Source: a bacterium (GTDB lineage: Bacteria; Patescibacteriota; Minisyncoccia; Phycocordibacterales; UBA6899). Taken from it: a DNA stretch of 64,000 nt. The notes beneath the pieces are model-generated. The model worked only from the letters and a program-made list of their open reading frames with translations, did no database searches and was not told the DNA's origin. Positions 39,141 to 49,688 of this stretch are shown piece after piece. The translations under genes and the position numbers were made by a program. The stretch is taken from NCBI GenBank assembly GCA_043756865.1, contig JAYUQG010000025.1, positions 921-64,920 of the forward strand, given 5' to 3'. Position 1 is the first letter of the stretch. Each line of letters opens with the position of its first letter.

Positions 39141-39728
39141 ATGGACATTGAGGCGATCATTGTGAGTTCAAGTTATGCTGGAATTTTTGGTCTCATGATA
39201 GCGAACGGATTTTTGTCTTTTCCGTCCAGTCAGATTCTCTATATTATTGTGGGCTATTTTGTGGGCACAGGAGCACTCGCACTCCTCCCCGCCTCGCTCC
39301 TGGGTGCACTCGGCAATGCCATCGGAAACGTGCTCATGTATGAAGCGATTAGAAGGCACGGTATTTCTTACGTCGAGAAATTTTCCATATTTCGCAAGGA
39401 AGACATAAAAAAAATTGAGGCCGTATTTAGAAAACGTGGCCTTTGGTTCCTTTTTATTGGAAAACTCCTCCCCGCCATCAAAGTATTTATTCCGATCCCC
39501 GCGGCGCTCGGTCGAGTCGACCGAAAAGTTTTTGCGGCAATGATGTTTGCCGCATCATGGATATGGGCACTCTTGTTTATCAGCATCGGATATTTCTTCG
39601 GAAAAACAGCAGGGCTCTGGAAGTCCTATGGGGTCATCCTTGCAGTCATCGCATTTGGACTCCTGTTTCTTTTTTATCGCTACATGAATAGCAAAGCTAT
39701 CCTCGCGGAGATTTCTCGCGAAAAGTAG
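39141..39728 (+). CDS. DedA/TVP38 family membrane protein
   Basis: VTT-domain signature LYEAIRRHG ... F.GKLLP.IKVFIP. Confidence 0.75.
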   Translation: MDIEAIIVSSSYAGIFGLMIANGFLSFPSSQILYIIVGYFVGTGALALLPASLLGALGNAIGNVLMYEAIRRHGISYVEKFSIFRKEDIKKIEAVFRKRGLWFLFIGKLLPAIKVFIPIPAALGRVDRKVFAAMMFAASWIWALLFISIGYFFGKTAGLWKSYGVILAVIAFGLLFLFYRYMNSKAILAEISREK

Positions 39729-41205
39729 AACCTTGGCGATACGCACGAACACACAGCATAAAGAGCAGTGCATAGACGACACACACAACAAATCCCGATA
39801 CGGGAGGGATGGTTATATATCCAAATGGAATATCGGCAAATAATCGTCCCATTGCAATAATGTATGAAAGTGACACATACGCAGGAATCGCCGCGATAAG
39901 CCCAAATCCAGTACCAAAAAACGCGCTCAGTCCTCCGACAAAAGAGAAAAGCATCGCTGCGGGAATAATTGGGAGTACGAGTATGTTTACCAAAAGTCCG
40001 ATGAGCGATAGCCCTCCGCTACCGTAGATGAGGAGTGGCGTAACAAACAGTTGGGTTGCTACCGTTGAAAGGACAATCTCTTCAAGCTTTGGCCATGCCC
40101 GCAAGCGGGTGAAGTGCATCTTGAGTATAGGCACAAATAGGAGTAATCCTGAGGCAGCAAGAAATGAAAGTTGGAATGACGGATCATACAGCAGAATTCC
40201 CGGTGCATGGAGCACCATTAATGCCCCCGCAAAAAGCAGTGCGCGAGACATGTCGTACGTACGACCCAACACTCGCGCAAGAAGCACAAGTAGCGCCATC
40301 AGCATTGCACGTATGACGGTGGCACTTCCGCCAGCCATTATTCCAAAGAGCGTCACACCAAGAGCAGCACAGCCGATACTTCCCCAGAATCCCGTGAAGA
40401 GAAATATGACACGAAGCCACTCTGCAACAATCGTCATATTGTAGCCGGACAGAACTACAATATGAATAATTCCACTTTGCCGAAAATCTTCGGTGAGCGA
40501 GTCTCCCAGTGAACGCTTGTCGCCAAGGAGAATTCCTCCGGCCAATGCCCCTGAAGGGTCAGGAAGTACTTTGCCAAGCTGTTCTTTGAAACTTGCTTTT
40601 ATGCGGAGCAACATACCTTTTACGGGATTTGCCGCACTATCTCCCGTGCGGGTTATGGTGGGGCGCGACAGAGTAAGACGAATGTCCTTTGCCGCAAGGT
40701 ATTGGTCGTACGCAAACACTCTTCCGTTTTCTGTTTCGAACAACTTGGGTCGTGCCAGTGTTCCGCGGAGTTCGATGACTTCGCCGTATACATATGTGGG
40801 GTAGATGTCCGTTGATACAAGCACGAGTGCGTCAACGGGAGTTTTTTCGGAACTGATTGTGCGCAAGCGCACCGTGAGGTTCACCTTATGCTCCCGCACA
40901 TCAGGCTCCTCAGCGATAACACCACGCATAACCGCCTCCGTCCCCACCGTTCGTGCTAATTCGGGCTGCACTCCCGTATTGCTCCAATACCCAAACCGCA
41001 ACACTCCAACGGCAGCACAAAAAAGCATGATTCCACAAACTACAAACAGGCGCTTTCTGCGCACGAGTCCCACGAAGAGTACAACTCCAGCAAGCAAAAG
41101 AAAAAGCCCCACAACCCCAACATCAGCAGCAAACACACCTGCAAGGAAAATCCCCGCAAGGAAAGCGAGGAGAAAAAAATGGATATATTCGTTCAATAAA
41201 CGCAT
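39697..41205 (-). CDS. comEC: ComEC/Rec2 DNA-uptake channel protein (membrane competence domain only, no MBL domain)
   Basis: DUF4131-like N-terminus plus competence domain (IIHIVVLSGYNMTIVA). 502 aa with multiple TMs. Confidence 0.8.
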   Translation of the reverse strand: MRLLNEYIHFFLLAFLAGIFLAGVFAADVGVVGLFLLLAGVVLFVGLVRRKRLFVVCGIMLFCAAVGVLRFGYWSNTGVQPELARTVGTEAVMRGVIAEEPDVREHKVNLTVRLRTISSEKTPVDALVLVSTDIYPTYVYGEVIELRGTLARPKLFETENGRVFAYDQYLAAKDIRLTLSRPTITRTGDSAANPVKGMLLRIKASFKEQLGKVLPDPSGALAGGILLGDKRSLGDSLTEDFRQSGIIHIVVLSGYNMTIVAEWLRVIFLFTGFWGSIGCAALGVTLFGIMAGGSATVIRAMLMALLVLLARVLGRTYDMSRALLFAGALMVLHAPGILLYDPSFQLSFLAASGLLLFVPILKMHFTRLRAWPKLEEIVLSTVATQLFVTPLLIYGSGGLSLIGLLVNILVLPIIPAAMLFSFVGGLSAFFGTGFGLIAAIPAYVSLSYIIAMGRLFADIPFGYITIPPVSGFVVCVVYALLFMLCVRAYRQGSTFREKSPRG

Positions 41206-41211
41206 ACCAGC

Positions 41212-41943
41212 CTACAATGTTGCGCCCCAAGAACGAAGAATCGCCGCCTCGTCGCTCTCCGAAAGTGTTTTCTTGTATTTCACACCAGACTTACCCTTCA
41301 CACGACGTTCGCAGTCCCCCCAAGTTATGTGTCGCTTGGCGACACCTCCCACAAGTGAGAGGTACGAATACGCGGGTGCGCGTGAATGTGTCCGAGATGC
41401 CGCTTTTTTGCGTAATGCCTCATCATCAGCAGCAATATTCATAATGTCATAAGCATAATCTCCGAGATTGCCCGAGAACAGGTCAACATCGGCGTTTGCA
41501 GCATAGCCTGTTGCAATTTCATCTGCTCGTTCATTCCCTTCAATGCCCGCGTGACCTGGGATGTGCTTCCATATAATATGGCCAAATTTTTTTCGTTCCT
41601 CAAGAAGTGGCATGAGTGCCTCCCAGAGATCGCGGTTGCTGACATCAGTCTTCCCGATTGTTTTCCAATTTCTTTTCTGCCATCCGACAATCCATTCTGT
41701 TGCACCCTTTAGTACGTAAGAGGAGTCAATGTAGACGGTGATATCTCCAGATTCCTGCGCAAGCCTATGTAACCCCTCGATTAGCCCCACAAGCTCCATG
41801 CGGTTATTCGTTGTTTGGTCTTCGTGGCCTCCCATTTCGATAACTCGCTCACCTGCGAGTATGAGAATCGCCCCCCAACCACCTGGGCCAGGATTGCCGA
41901 GCGAGCTACCGTCGGTAAACAAAAGATGTCCCTCTTTTTCCAT
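41212..41943 (-). CDS. rnhA: Ribonuclease HI with ~100-aa C-terminal extension
   Basis: FTDGSSLGNPGPGGWGAIL ... NNRMEL ... YIDSSYV ... HAGIEGNERAD, the RNase H catalytic DEDD. Confidence 0.8.
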   Translation of the reverse strand: MEKEGHLLFTDGSSLGNPGPGGWGAILILAGERVIEMGGHEDQTTNNRMELVGLIEGLHRLAQESGDITVYIDSSYVLKGATEWIVGWQKRNWKTIGKTDVSNRDLWEALMPLLEERKKFGHIIWKHIPGHAGIEGNERADEIATGYAANADVDLFSGNLGDYAYDIMNIAADDEALRKKAASRTHSRAPAYSYLSLVGGVAKRHITWGDCERRVKGKSGVKYKKTLSESDEAAILRSWGATL

Positions 41944-42019
41944 GAAACAATGGTAGCACAAACATTGTATTTTCGAACAAAAAAGGCTCCGAGCGTTTGC
42001 TCGGAGTGCGTCATGGGAT

Positions 42020-42337
42020 TTACCCCTTTGCGACAATCTCAACAAGGATTGGCACATTGACATTACCCTGATGATAGAACCACTCACCCGTGTTGGCATT
42101 CAGCGCCAATGTGTGCGTAATCGATGTGCGGAAGTAGTCGGGCAGCCTGCCATGGATAAATACGACGGAGATGTACTTCAACTCCGGCGTGATGTGCGAA
42201 ACGAATTTGTGGTTATCGTACCAGACGTAATCCGGCGGCAAATCGTGCACCCACGTTATTTGCGTTTTGAAGACACGCTCGTCGTCGGGAATGCGTATGG
42301 CAATGTACTGGTCGTACCACTTGGAGAGTCTTTCCAT
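42020..42337 (-). CDS. Small hypothetical protein
   Basis: 105-aa ORF. No motif. Confidence 0.35.
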   Translation of the reverse strand: MERLSKWYDQYIAIRIPDDERVFKTQITWVHDLPPDYVWYDNHKFVSHITPELKYISVVFIHGRLPDYFRTSITHTLALNANTGEWFYHQGNVNVPILVEIVAKG

Positions 42338-42393
42338 TACTGCCTCCTACAATAGATCCAATAGTTTTATTATATAGCTTATTTACTTTTTTG

Positions 42394-44112
42394 TCAACTT
42401 ATGTCAACAATACGTAAGCGTAGCTCAGGGCGGCCCATAAAATATGAGCGCTCCATTACTGCCACGAGTTTCACGGTCGCCCCGACCTCCACTCGCTCCA
42501 TAAACCTCGCGGACTCCACAAAAAAGCCAATCGCTTGTGCGCGCCCGCCCTGCGTATCCGCAAGTTCAATTTTTACGTGCTCCTTCTTTTTTCCAAACAT
42601 ACTCACCCGCTTAATTATACTCTCTCGAAAAAGAAAATGCGGCCGCGCGTTACCCACACCAAATGGGGCGAGTCTGGAAATTGCATCGTACGTTTCATCA
42701 GTTACATCACTGATGGTAAGTTCCGAGTCAACCACATAGGGAAGCGCAGGCTTTTCTTTTTTAGGTAAGGTTGCATGTGCTTTTACTAATTCGTCCTCAA
42801 GTCGGTGAATGCCTTCTGATGATACAGAGAACCCACCGGAAAATTCATGGCCACCACGATCAATGAACACTCCGTCAGGAACAGCGAGCATGAGGTCGAC
42901 AAGATTGATACGCCCGTCAGAGCGGCACGATCCCTTGATGTGTGCAGTCCCCTCCTTGCCCCACGCAAACGTTGGTCGATCAAACTCTTCCGCTATTTTA
43001 TTTGCGACAATCCCCACCACCCCTGCACGCCACGATGGACTTCCGAGTACAATCACTGCGCGAAGGTCGCGTTCTTTGAGTACGCGCTTTGCCTCTTTTA
43101 CCATCCGCGCGACCTCGCTCTTGCGCTCATCATTTAAACTTGCGAGGTGGCGGGCGCGCTCTTCTCCAAGCTGCTGGCTGTCAGTGGAAAGCAGTTCAAA
43201 TGCACGGAGCGGAACGTCCATACGACTCGCGGCGTTGATGCGCGGTCCAATCGTAAATCCGACATCTTCTTCGGTGAGATGTGCTTGCAATGTTTTTGCC
43301 TCCCGCAACAGAGCGCGCAATCCGGGGCGGGGCGATTTGCGCAAGACTTTCAGCCCGTAATACGCCAGCATGCGGTTCTCTTTTTGGAGTGGCACCATGT
43401 CCGCAATGGTGGAGAGGCCTGCCATGTCGAGAAGCCACTTTTCCCAGCCGAGGGGGATGTGCGTAAACTTTCCATGCTTGAGTATTGCTTGGGCGAGCTT
43501 AAACGCGACGCCCGCACCACAGAGCATGTCGTCTGGATAAGTATCTCCCTCCTGTTTCGAATTAAGGACTGCATATGCAGGAGGAAGCACCGCCTGCGGT
43601 AAGTGATGATCTGTAACAATGACATCAATGCCCAACTCATTTGCGTGCGCGACCTCCTCCACATCGGTAATTCCACAATCAATGGTGATGATAAGCGATA
43701 CACCGTCCTGTGCAAATTGGTCGATTGCCCCCACGTTCAGACCGTACCCCTCATGGTGTCGGTGCGGAATATAGTTCCGAAAATGCGCATACCCGATTTT
43801 TTTAAACAAATCATGAAGAATAACTGAGCCGGGAATTCCATCACAGTCATAGTCCCCATATAAAACAATTTTGTCGTTTGCCTCCATCGCGCGAAAAATA
43901 CGTTCAACCGCGCGCGCCATGTTGAGTATAAGGAATGGATCAGAACTATCTCGTTCATAGTCTGGGGCAAGGAACCGCAGTTGTGCTTCGGGGTCGATAA
44001 TTCCCCTATTTTTAAGCAGTATAGCCGTAATTGGGTGGAGCGCGGAAAGGTCTTTCATAAGGAGTATAGTAGCATACGCACAAAACGGTATAATAGACAC
44101 ATACCAATTCAT
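42394..44112 (-). CDS. recJ: Single-stranded-DNA-specific exonuclease RecJ
   Basis: DHH motifs (GDYDCDG, DHH) and DHHA1 region. 572 aa. Confidence 0.9.
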   Translation of the reverse strand: MNWYVSIIPFCAYATILLMKDLSALHPITAILLKNRGIIDPEAQLRFLAPDYERDSSDPFLILNMARAVERIFRAMEANDKIVLYGDYDCDGIPGSVILHDLFKKIGYAHFRNYIPHRHHEGYGLNVGAIDQFAQDGVSLIITIDCGITDVEEVAHANELGIDVIVTDHHLPQAVLPPAYAVLNSKQEGDTYPDDMLCGAGVAFKLAQAILKHGKFTHIPLGWEKWLLDMAGLSTIADMVPLQKENRMLAYYGLKVLRKSPRPGLRALLREAKTLQAHLTEEDVGFTIGPRINAASRMDVPLRAFELLSTDSQQLGEERARHLASLNDERKSEVARMVKEAKRVLKERDLRAVIVLGSPSWRAGVVGIVANKIAEEFDRPTFAWGKEGTAHIKGSCRSDGRINLVDLMLAVPDGVFIDRGGHEFSGGFSVSSEGIHRLEDELVKAHATLPKKEKPALPYVVDSELTISDVTDETYDAISRLAPFGVGNARPHFLFRESIIKRVSMFGKKKEHVKIELADTQGGRAQAIGFFVESARFMERVEVGATVKLVAVMERSYFMGRPELRLRIVDIS

Positions 44113-44120
44113 TTTTTACT

Positions 44121-44465
44121 ATGTCACTATTTGGACCCATCAGACCAAACGGAATTACCAAAGAAGAGCTCCGATTTATTCGCGGGGAGCTCCTTCAGTC
44201 GCCGTTTGGAAATAGCACAGACAAACTCACCGCTCTACAGGCCGACGAAATCATGGAAGATCTTGACGACGCAATGGACCCCGATACCTCAAACGACATG
44301 AAATACGGATGGGCACAAGCGTCAGCAGAGGAAGTAGCGGACATAGAACACGACGCGGCGAGCAATAAGCGCTTCAAATACACCTCAGCACAACTGAAGC
44401 ACATCCATGAAGTACTTGGGAAATATCTCAAAATTAACAAAGTGAAATCCTCATATAGCATCTAG
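44121..44465 (+). CDS. Hypothetical acidic protein
   Basis: 114-aa ORF immediately upstream of the HIT gene. Confidence 0.4.
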   Translation: MSLFGPIRPNGITKEELRFIRGELLQSPFGNSTDKLTALQADEIMEDLDDAMDPDTSNDMKYGWAQASAEEVADIEHDAASNKRFKYTSAQLKHIHEVLGKYLKINKVKSSYSI

Positions 44466-44469
44466 TCCC

Positions 44470-44883
44470 ATGAAACCTGAATGTCTATTCTGTGGGGTAA
44501 TCAGCGGTGCGACGCCTTCGTATAAAATCTATGAAGATGAGTTTACGTTTGCGTTTCTGGATATTCACCCTATCAACCGTGGTCATACACTCGTTATCCC
44601 CAAAACGCATCACGAGAACATTTATGACACCCCCGAGAAGGAATTTGCGCAGCTCATGCACACTGTGCAATTGCTTGCGCCCAAGATAAAACAGGCGGTC
44701 GGGGCAGATGGAGTGAACATCGGTATCAACAATGACTCCGCGGCGGGGCAACTCGTGTTTCACATTCATGTACACATCATCCCTCGTTTCAAAGACGACG
44801 GCCATGCGAATTGGCACGGGAATCCCTATCAGGACGGCGAGATAGCGACCATCAAAGACATTGTCATTCAAGAGTTCAAATAA
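44470..44883 (+). CDS. HIT family nucleotide hydrolase (HinT-like)
   Basis: Histidine triad HIHVHIIPR. N-terminal CLFCGVI. Confidence 0.85.
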   Translation: MKPECLFCGVISGATPSYKIYEDEFTFAFLDIHPINRGHTLVIPKTHHENIYDTPEKEFAQLMHTVQLLAPKIKQAVGADGVNIGINNDSAAGQLVFHIHVHIIPRFKDDGHANWHGNPYQDGEIATIKDIVIQEFK

Positions 44884-44887
44884 AAAA

Positions 44888-44913
44888 CGGCACTCACATG
44901 AGTGCCGTTTTGT
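44888..44913 (+). terminator. Rho-independent terminator
   Basis: cggcactc-acat-gagtgccg followed by TTTTG. Confidence 0.6.
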
Positions 44914-44922
44914 TTACAGAAC

Positions 44923-46134
44923 CTATTTCCAAACAGTTGAGCGAAGTACGCTCGCAAAACGATCCACCATAACAGAATGCTCAGGTGAACGTCCGACAGC
45001 AACACGGATAAGTCCCGGAGGGTTAATTTGAAAACCATCCGGTGATACGGCCCCCGCGGGGCTTCCGAGGCATACCGCGTAGGTGTGCACACTGCCAAGT
45101 GATACCGCGGGAGTCGCAAAACCAGATGAGACAAGGGCCGCATGAAATTTTTCGGCACTTTCTTGGGAAAGCAGATCGAGGCCAAGCACACCACCAAATC
45201 CATATGCGACATAACCCATTTGCGTGAGTATCGCACATGACGCTGAATCGGTAGGATAGCGCACACTGATGCCGGCATTCTTGGCGAGGTCGGCGATGCT
45301 GCGTGCATTTGCAGATGCGACACTGAATCTCACATGCATATCCTGCATACGGATCACCAGTTCGTGCGCAGCGCGGGCATCGAGTACGGCACCGTGAAGC
45401 GTTTGCGCTCCAAGAGTGGCGTGAAGGATCTTTTCCCAGAAAGCACGCGTGCATGCGATTCCACCTGCAGTGTAGTCGGAATATCCACCCGCGAATTTTG
45501 TGAGACTGTGTACGACAATGTCCGCACCGAGCGCGATTGGCTGAACGCAAAAAGGCATAAAGGTGTTATCGACAACAAGTGGCACGCCGGCACGCTTGGC
45601 TTCATCCCCAAGCCGCTGTATATCAGCAACGATCATGAGTGGATTAGAGGTAGATTCCACCAAAAGAAATCTGGTGCGCTTTTTCTTTAGCGCAACCCGC
45701 ACCGCATCAAAGTCATTGATATCAACAGGAGTAATACGCAGACGGCCGTCACGCACAAGTGAACGAAGAAGCGCCACTGATCCTCCATAGAGGGAGTCTG
45801 AAACGACGGCGTGATCTCCAGGCTTCGAAAGTGCATTGATCACCACACCGATCGCCGCAAGTCCGCTTGCGACTCCGTAGCCCGCCTCACTTCCCTCCAG
45901 CGCCGCGACCATTTCACCCAAGAGTGCGACAGAAGGTTGGAGCATGCGTCCATACAAATACGGCGTTTCCCGAGGGGGATCATTGAAACGTCGCCTCGTT
46001 TCTGCGGGTGACGGAGTGCCGAATGTGACCGAAAGATCAGCGAGGGGAAGTACGCCACCATTGCTTCCTGTGTGTCTTTCGATTACATGAAGCATGCGCT
46101 CGGTTGCAGAAAGTGCTCTTGTTCCAGCGTTCAT
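44923..46134 (-). CDS. PLP-dependent Cys/Met metabolism enzyme (O-acetylhomoserine sulfhydrylase / cystathionine gamma-synthase family)
   Basis: Fold-type I layout with SLTKFAGG (PLP-lysine region). About 400 aa. Confidence 0.75.
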   Translation of the reverse strand: MNAGTRALSATERMLHVIERHTGSNGGVLPLADLSVTFGTPSPAETRRRFNDPPRETPYLYGRMLQPSVALLGEMVAALEGSEAGYGVASGLAAIGVVINALSKPGDHAVVSDSLYGGSVALLRSLVRDGRLRITPVDINDFDAVRVALKKKRTRFLLVESTSNPLMIVADIQRLGDEAKRAGVPLVVDNTFMPFCVQPIALGADIVVHSLTKFAGGYSDYTAGGIACTRAFWEKILHATLGAQTLHGAVLDARAAHELVIRMQDMHVRFSVASANARSIADLAKNAGISVRYPTDSASCAILTQMGYVAYGFGGVLGLDLLSQESAEKFHAALVSSGFATPAVSLGSVHTYAVCLGSPAGAVSPDGFQINPPGLIRVAVGRSPEHSVMVDRFASVLRSTVWK

Positions 46135-46235
46135 ACGTGTCTCCTACAATGTAAAATGACGTCTGTACCCATTATAGTCACCCACAAAATTTGTCCACTG
46201 TCAGTAGAACATAAGAGGCGACGACACGTGTATGA

Positions 46236-47369
46236 TTATGCCTGCAATGCCTCGATGCCGGGAAGCGTTTCGTTTGCGAGAAAGTCGAGCATCGCCCCAC
46301 CGCCGGTTGAAACAAAGGAGAATTGGTCTAATGCACCCATTTCATCAATAAGCGCAACGGTGTCGCCGCCACCTATGATTGAGGTGGCATTTGAGCCTGC
46401 AACCAAAGAAAGCAACTCCCGAGTTCCCTCGGTAAATCCTGCTTCGTAATAACCTAGTGGTCCGTTCCACACAATGAGTTTTGCCCCACCAATGATGCCA
46501 CCAAGCGCACGCACGGATGTAGGTCCCATGTCTACAATCATTTCTCCCGGATTAACTCGATCGACTGCGCGCACTTCTGAGCCGGCCTCATGCTTCACCA
46601 CAACATCTTTTGGGAGTATCAACCGTTCACTGTGGAGTAATTCAGTGAGTCCGCCGAGTTCGTCTGCATCATAGACTGATTTCCCAATTTCGTACCCTTC
46701 GGTTTTAATAAAATTATTCACGATAGCCCCACCTACAACAACATGGTCGGCGAGCGTCAGAAATTTTTTGAGGAGCGGCATTTTTGTTGAAATCTTTGCA
46801 CCTCCCAAAATAAAAACAAATGGATGCTCGGGAGTAAACGCGACGGAAAGTCTACTCACCTCTTCTTGCATCAAGAGCCCCGAAAAATGCGGGAGGAGCT
46901 GTACAACACCAACAACCGAGGCATGCGCACGATGTGAGACCGCAAACGCATCGTTGACGTATATGTCGCCAAGGGATGCAAGATGAACAGCAAATTCAGG
47001 GTCATTATTTTCCTCACCTTTGTTGTGTCGAAGATTTTCCAGAAGGATGACCTCGCCATCCTTCATTTCTTTTGTCATTCGCACATTCTCAGCACTCATC
47101 AGGTTGTCGAGGAATGTAACATGAAATCTCTTGTTTATCGCGGAGGCGACGGGGCGCAATGTGTCTTCGGGTTTTCCTTTCCCTATGTGACTAATAATGA
47201 TCGTACGCGCGCCTGCCTCACGAAGCATATTTACCGTTTTGAGTGACTGTGCAATTCTGAACTCGTCACGAATTTCGCCATTATTAAGGGGGACGTTCAA
47301 ATCAAGACGGAGCAATACGCGCTTGCCACGCAAACTACCAGCAGCAGATATCGAAGGGAGTGTGATCAT
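46236..47369 (-). CDS. pgk: Phosphoglycerate kinase
   Basis: RVLLRLDLNVP. Hinge and C-domain motifs. Start at the MITLPS Met abutting the tpiA stop. Confidence 0.9.
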   Translation of the reverse strand: MITLPSISAAGSLRGKRVLLRLDLNVPLNNGEIRDEFRIAQSLKTVNMLREAGARTIIISHIGKGKPEDTLRPVASAINKRFHVTFLDNLMSAENVRMTKEMKDGEVILLENLRHNKGEENNDPEFAVHLASLGDIYVNDAFAVSHRAHASVVGVVQLLPHFSGLLMQEEVSRLSVAFTPEHPFVFILGGAKISTKMPLLKKFLTLADHVVVGGAIVNNFIKTEGYEIGKSVYDADELGGLTELLHSERLILPKDVVVKHEAGSEVRAVDRVNPGEMIVDMGPTSVRALGGIIGGAKLIVWNGPLGYYEAGFTEGTRELLSLVAGSNATSIIGGGDTVALIDEMGALDQFSFVSTGGGAMLDFLANETLPGIEALQA

Positions 47370-47370
47370 A

Positions 47371-48132
47371 TTATTTGCATGTATCAGCCAACGTGATAAT
47401 TGTATTAAATTTACCAACGTCAAGACTCACTCGGCCAACAAGCAAACCGTCTGCGCCACCTTCGACAAGGAACGGGAGGGCGTTGCGATCATCCACTGAA
47501 CCGCCGTACAGTATTGGTATGGTAAACGCAACTTTTTTTCCAAAAAGTTCTGTCAAATAACGTCGAATCAGAATGCTCATTTCGCAAAAATCAGGTGGAG
47601 TAGCTGCACGTTTCGCCTTTGCACCAATAGCCCATATCGGCTCATAGGCCACGACTAGTCGCTTTGCTTCGGTTTTCGGAAATCCTGCAAGTGATGCGCG
47701 AAGTTGCGCACTCACCTCCGCAAAATATGCACCGTGTTCGTCGCGATTGTGTTCACCCACGCACAGTATGACCGATAGCTTGTTACGCACTGCGGCACAT
47801 GCTTTTGCGGCTATCACCTCGTCCGTCTCACCAAGCGCACGGCGCTCTGAGTGACCAACAATGGCGTAGGTGGCGCCAATGTTTTTTAGTGCAGCAGGTG
47901 AGGTCTCCCCCGTTTTTGCTCCCTCGTCATCAAAAAATGCATTCTGTCCTCCAATGGCAATCCTTGCCTTGCCGGCTGCCGCAACAAGTCCTCCGACAAA
48001 AAGATGCGGGGGGCATACCACAACCCTTGTGTGCTTTGCCCTACTTGCACCTTTTTTTATTCCAGAAAAAATTGCCTTCGCCTCAGCTACTGTTTTAGGA
48101 TACATCTTCCAATTTGCGACGATAAGTTTCAT
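47371..48132 (-). CDS. tpiA: Triosephosphate isomerase
   Basis: IVANWKM. Catalytic VGHSERR. 253 aa. Confidence 0.9.
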   Translation of the reverse strand: MKLIVANWKMYPKTVAEAKAIFSGIKKGASRAKHTRVVVCPPHLFVGGLVAAAGKARIAIGGQNAFFDDEGAKTGETSPAALKNIGATYAIVGHSERRALGETDEVIAAKACAAVRNKLSVILCVGEHNRDEHGAYFAEVSAQLRASLAGFPKTEAKRLVVAYEPIWAIGAKAKRAATPPDFCEMSILIRRYLTELFGKKVAFTIPILYGGSVDDRNALPFLVEGGADGLLVGRVSLDVGKFNTIITLADTCK

Positions 48133-48216
48133 TACTACGCATTATAACTAATAACACGAACAAATAACCAGAGATTTGTGCTCTGGTTTTCGTTATGTGT
48201 CATGGTTTGCCTCGTT

Positions 48217-49683
48217 TTACAGCTCATCCCACGAAAGAATTTGATATTGATCGGTGGTGAGAGGAAATGAGGGGGGTGGTCCATACAGAAGATTCGCATC
48301 AAAAGTGGAAATTTGTGATGCATAACCAGAACAATACGATCCGCACGACCATGAGAACGTGTAGCGCTGATTGCTTATCAGTGAGCCGAACGTAGTTATG
48401 CTGTTGCGCAGATGTGAGGCTCCACAGCTGGCACCGTAATAATCTCGCCAAATTGCACCTGACTGCGCGAGCAAAGCGCCGTCAATTCTGAGATTGTCTG
48501 CGCTTGCGTAACCAATGCGGATATAATTCTGTGCGATTAACCCAATAACGTCTGTTCCGTCCATGCGGGTATAACGAATGTCGTTGTTCACAATAATGCT
48601 TGCCCGCGTGGTCGGATTATCTGGAAAACGCGCTGCAGCAATTGTGAGCCTACTACCATCTATCGTTCCTTCAACCCAGACGTCATCTTCGGTAAATATG
48701 AGTCCGTTCGCGGGATAGGCGACGTTTCCAGCGAGCAGTGTCTCTGTTTGTATGCTCCACATGCCTCCACCAGGGTCTGCGTACGTGTACCAAGCAGCAC
48801 AATTTGCGGCAGGAGAAGGGAGTCTTGCGGTTACTATGTAAATATCAAGCACCCCTGTAGGCTTGAGTACAATATGATATCCGAGCGCGCCCGAAGCACC
48901 ATAATAGAGACCCGATGCTTGTGCTCCAGATTTAATTATTGCGAGGTCAGCCATCATTCCAGTAAAGTCCACTGCAGGAACGGCAACTTGCCTGCCAGCC
49001 ATAAACACGTCTGGACGATTGGGTATAGCAGAAGGTGGGGCGGGGTCGCCCGTGGGGTATGTTGGGAGCAGAGGCTTGTCGGTATACACTCCGAAGTGCG
49101 TCCCGCCGAAATCTGGATCTACGTAGGTAGCTCTCGCGCTCGTCACAACATTGTGTGCAACTACGTTGCTGAAGTGCACTCCCCCGTTTGCGTGATACAA
49201 TCCAAAAAATTCAACTTGGTCTTCCCACACATCGGTATTTGTCACCAGTGCGTATTTCGCAAACGAAGGCTTGGCAAATCGCGCTTGAATTGAGCGCGAA
49301 ACGGTTGGTTCATTGTCGATATTTCCGGTTGATTTCACTGTCACAAGAGTGCTTCCCACTGTGGGTGGTGTGATGTCAAGTGTATATGATCCAATTTTTG
49401 TACCACTTTTGTCATAGTAGTCATGCACGTACGGCCCGGTAGTACCAGTACCGTCTTGGTAATCAGTGGGGGCATGCGCTAAATGCCATCGGTAGTAATC
49501 GATTCCTGCCTCAGCAACGGCGAGGGCTTGTTCTCGCGCCTCAGAATGCCTCGCTACACGCACAGACATAACGCCCCAGCCAACTAAACCGGATAGAAAT
49601 ATCATCCCGATAGTCATAAAGGCGATGACCTGAATAAGTATTCCTCCGCGCTGCGACACATGTTTCGCCAATAAAAATTTCAT
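48217..49683 (-). CDS. PilX-N-like type IV pilus minor pilin/tip protein
   Basis: N-terminus QRGGILIQVIAFMTIGMIFLSGL resembles the PilX N-terminal domain. 488 aa. Confidence 0.6.
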   Translation of the reverse strand: MKFLLAKHVSQRGGILIQVIAFMTIGMIFLSGLVGWGVMSVRVARHSEAREQALAVAEAGIDYYRWHLAHAPTDYQDGTGTTGPYVHDYYDKSGTKIGSYTLDITPPTVGSTLVTVKSTGNIDNEPTVSRSIQARFAKPSFAKYALVTNTDVWEDQVEFFGLYHANGGVHFSNVVAHNVVTSARATYVDPDFGGTHFGVYTDKPLLPTYPTGDPAPPSAIPNRPDVFMAGRQVAVPAVDFTGMMADLAIIKSGAQASGLYYGASGALGYHIVLKPTGVLDIYIVTARLPSPAANCAAWYTYADPGGGMWSIQTETLLAGNVAYPANGLIFTEDDVWVEGTIDGSRLTIAAARFPDNPTTRASIIVNNDIRYTRMDGTDVIGLIAQNYIRIGYASADNLRIDGALLAQSGAIWRDYYGASCGASHLRNSITTFGSLISNQRYTFSWSCGSYCSGYASQISTFDANLLYGPPPSFPLTTDQYQILSWDEL

Positions 49684-49688
49684 ATTTG

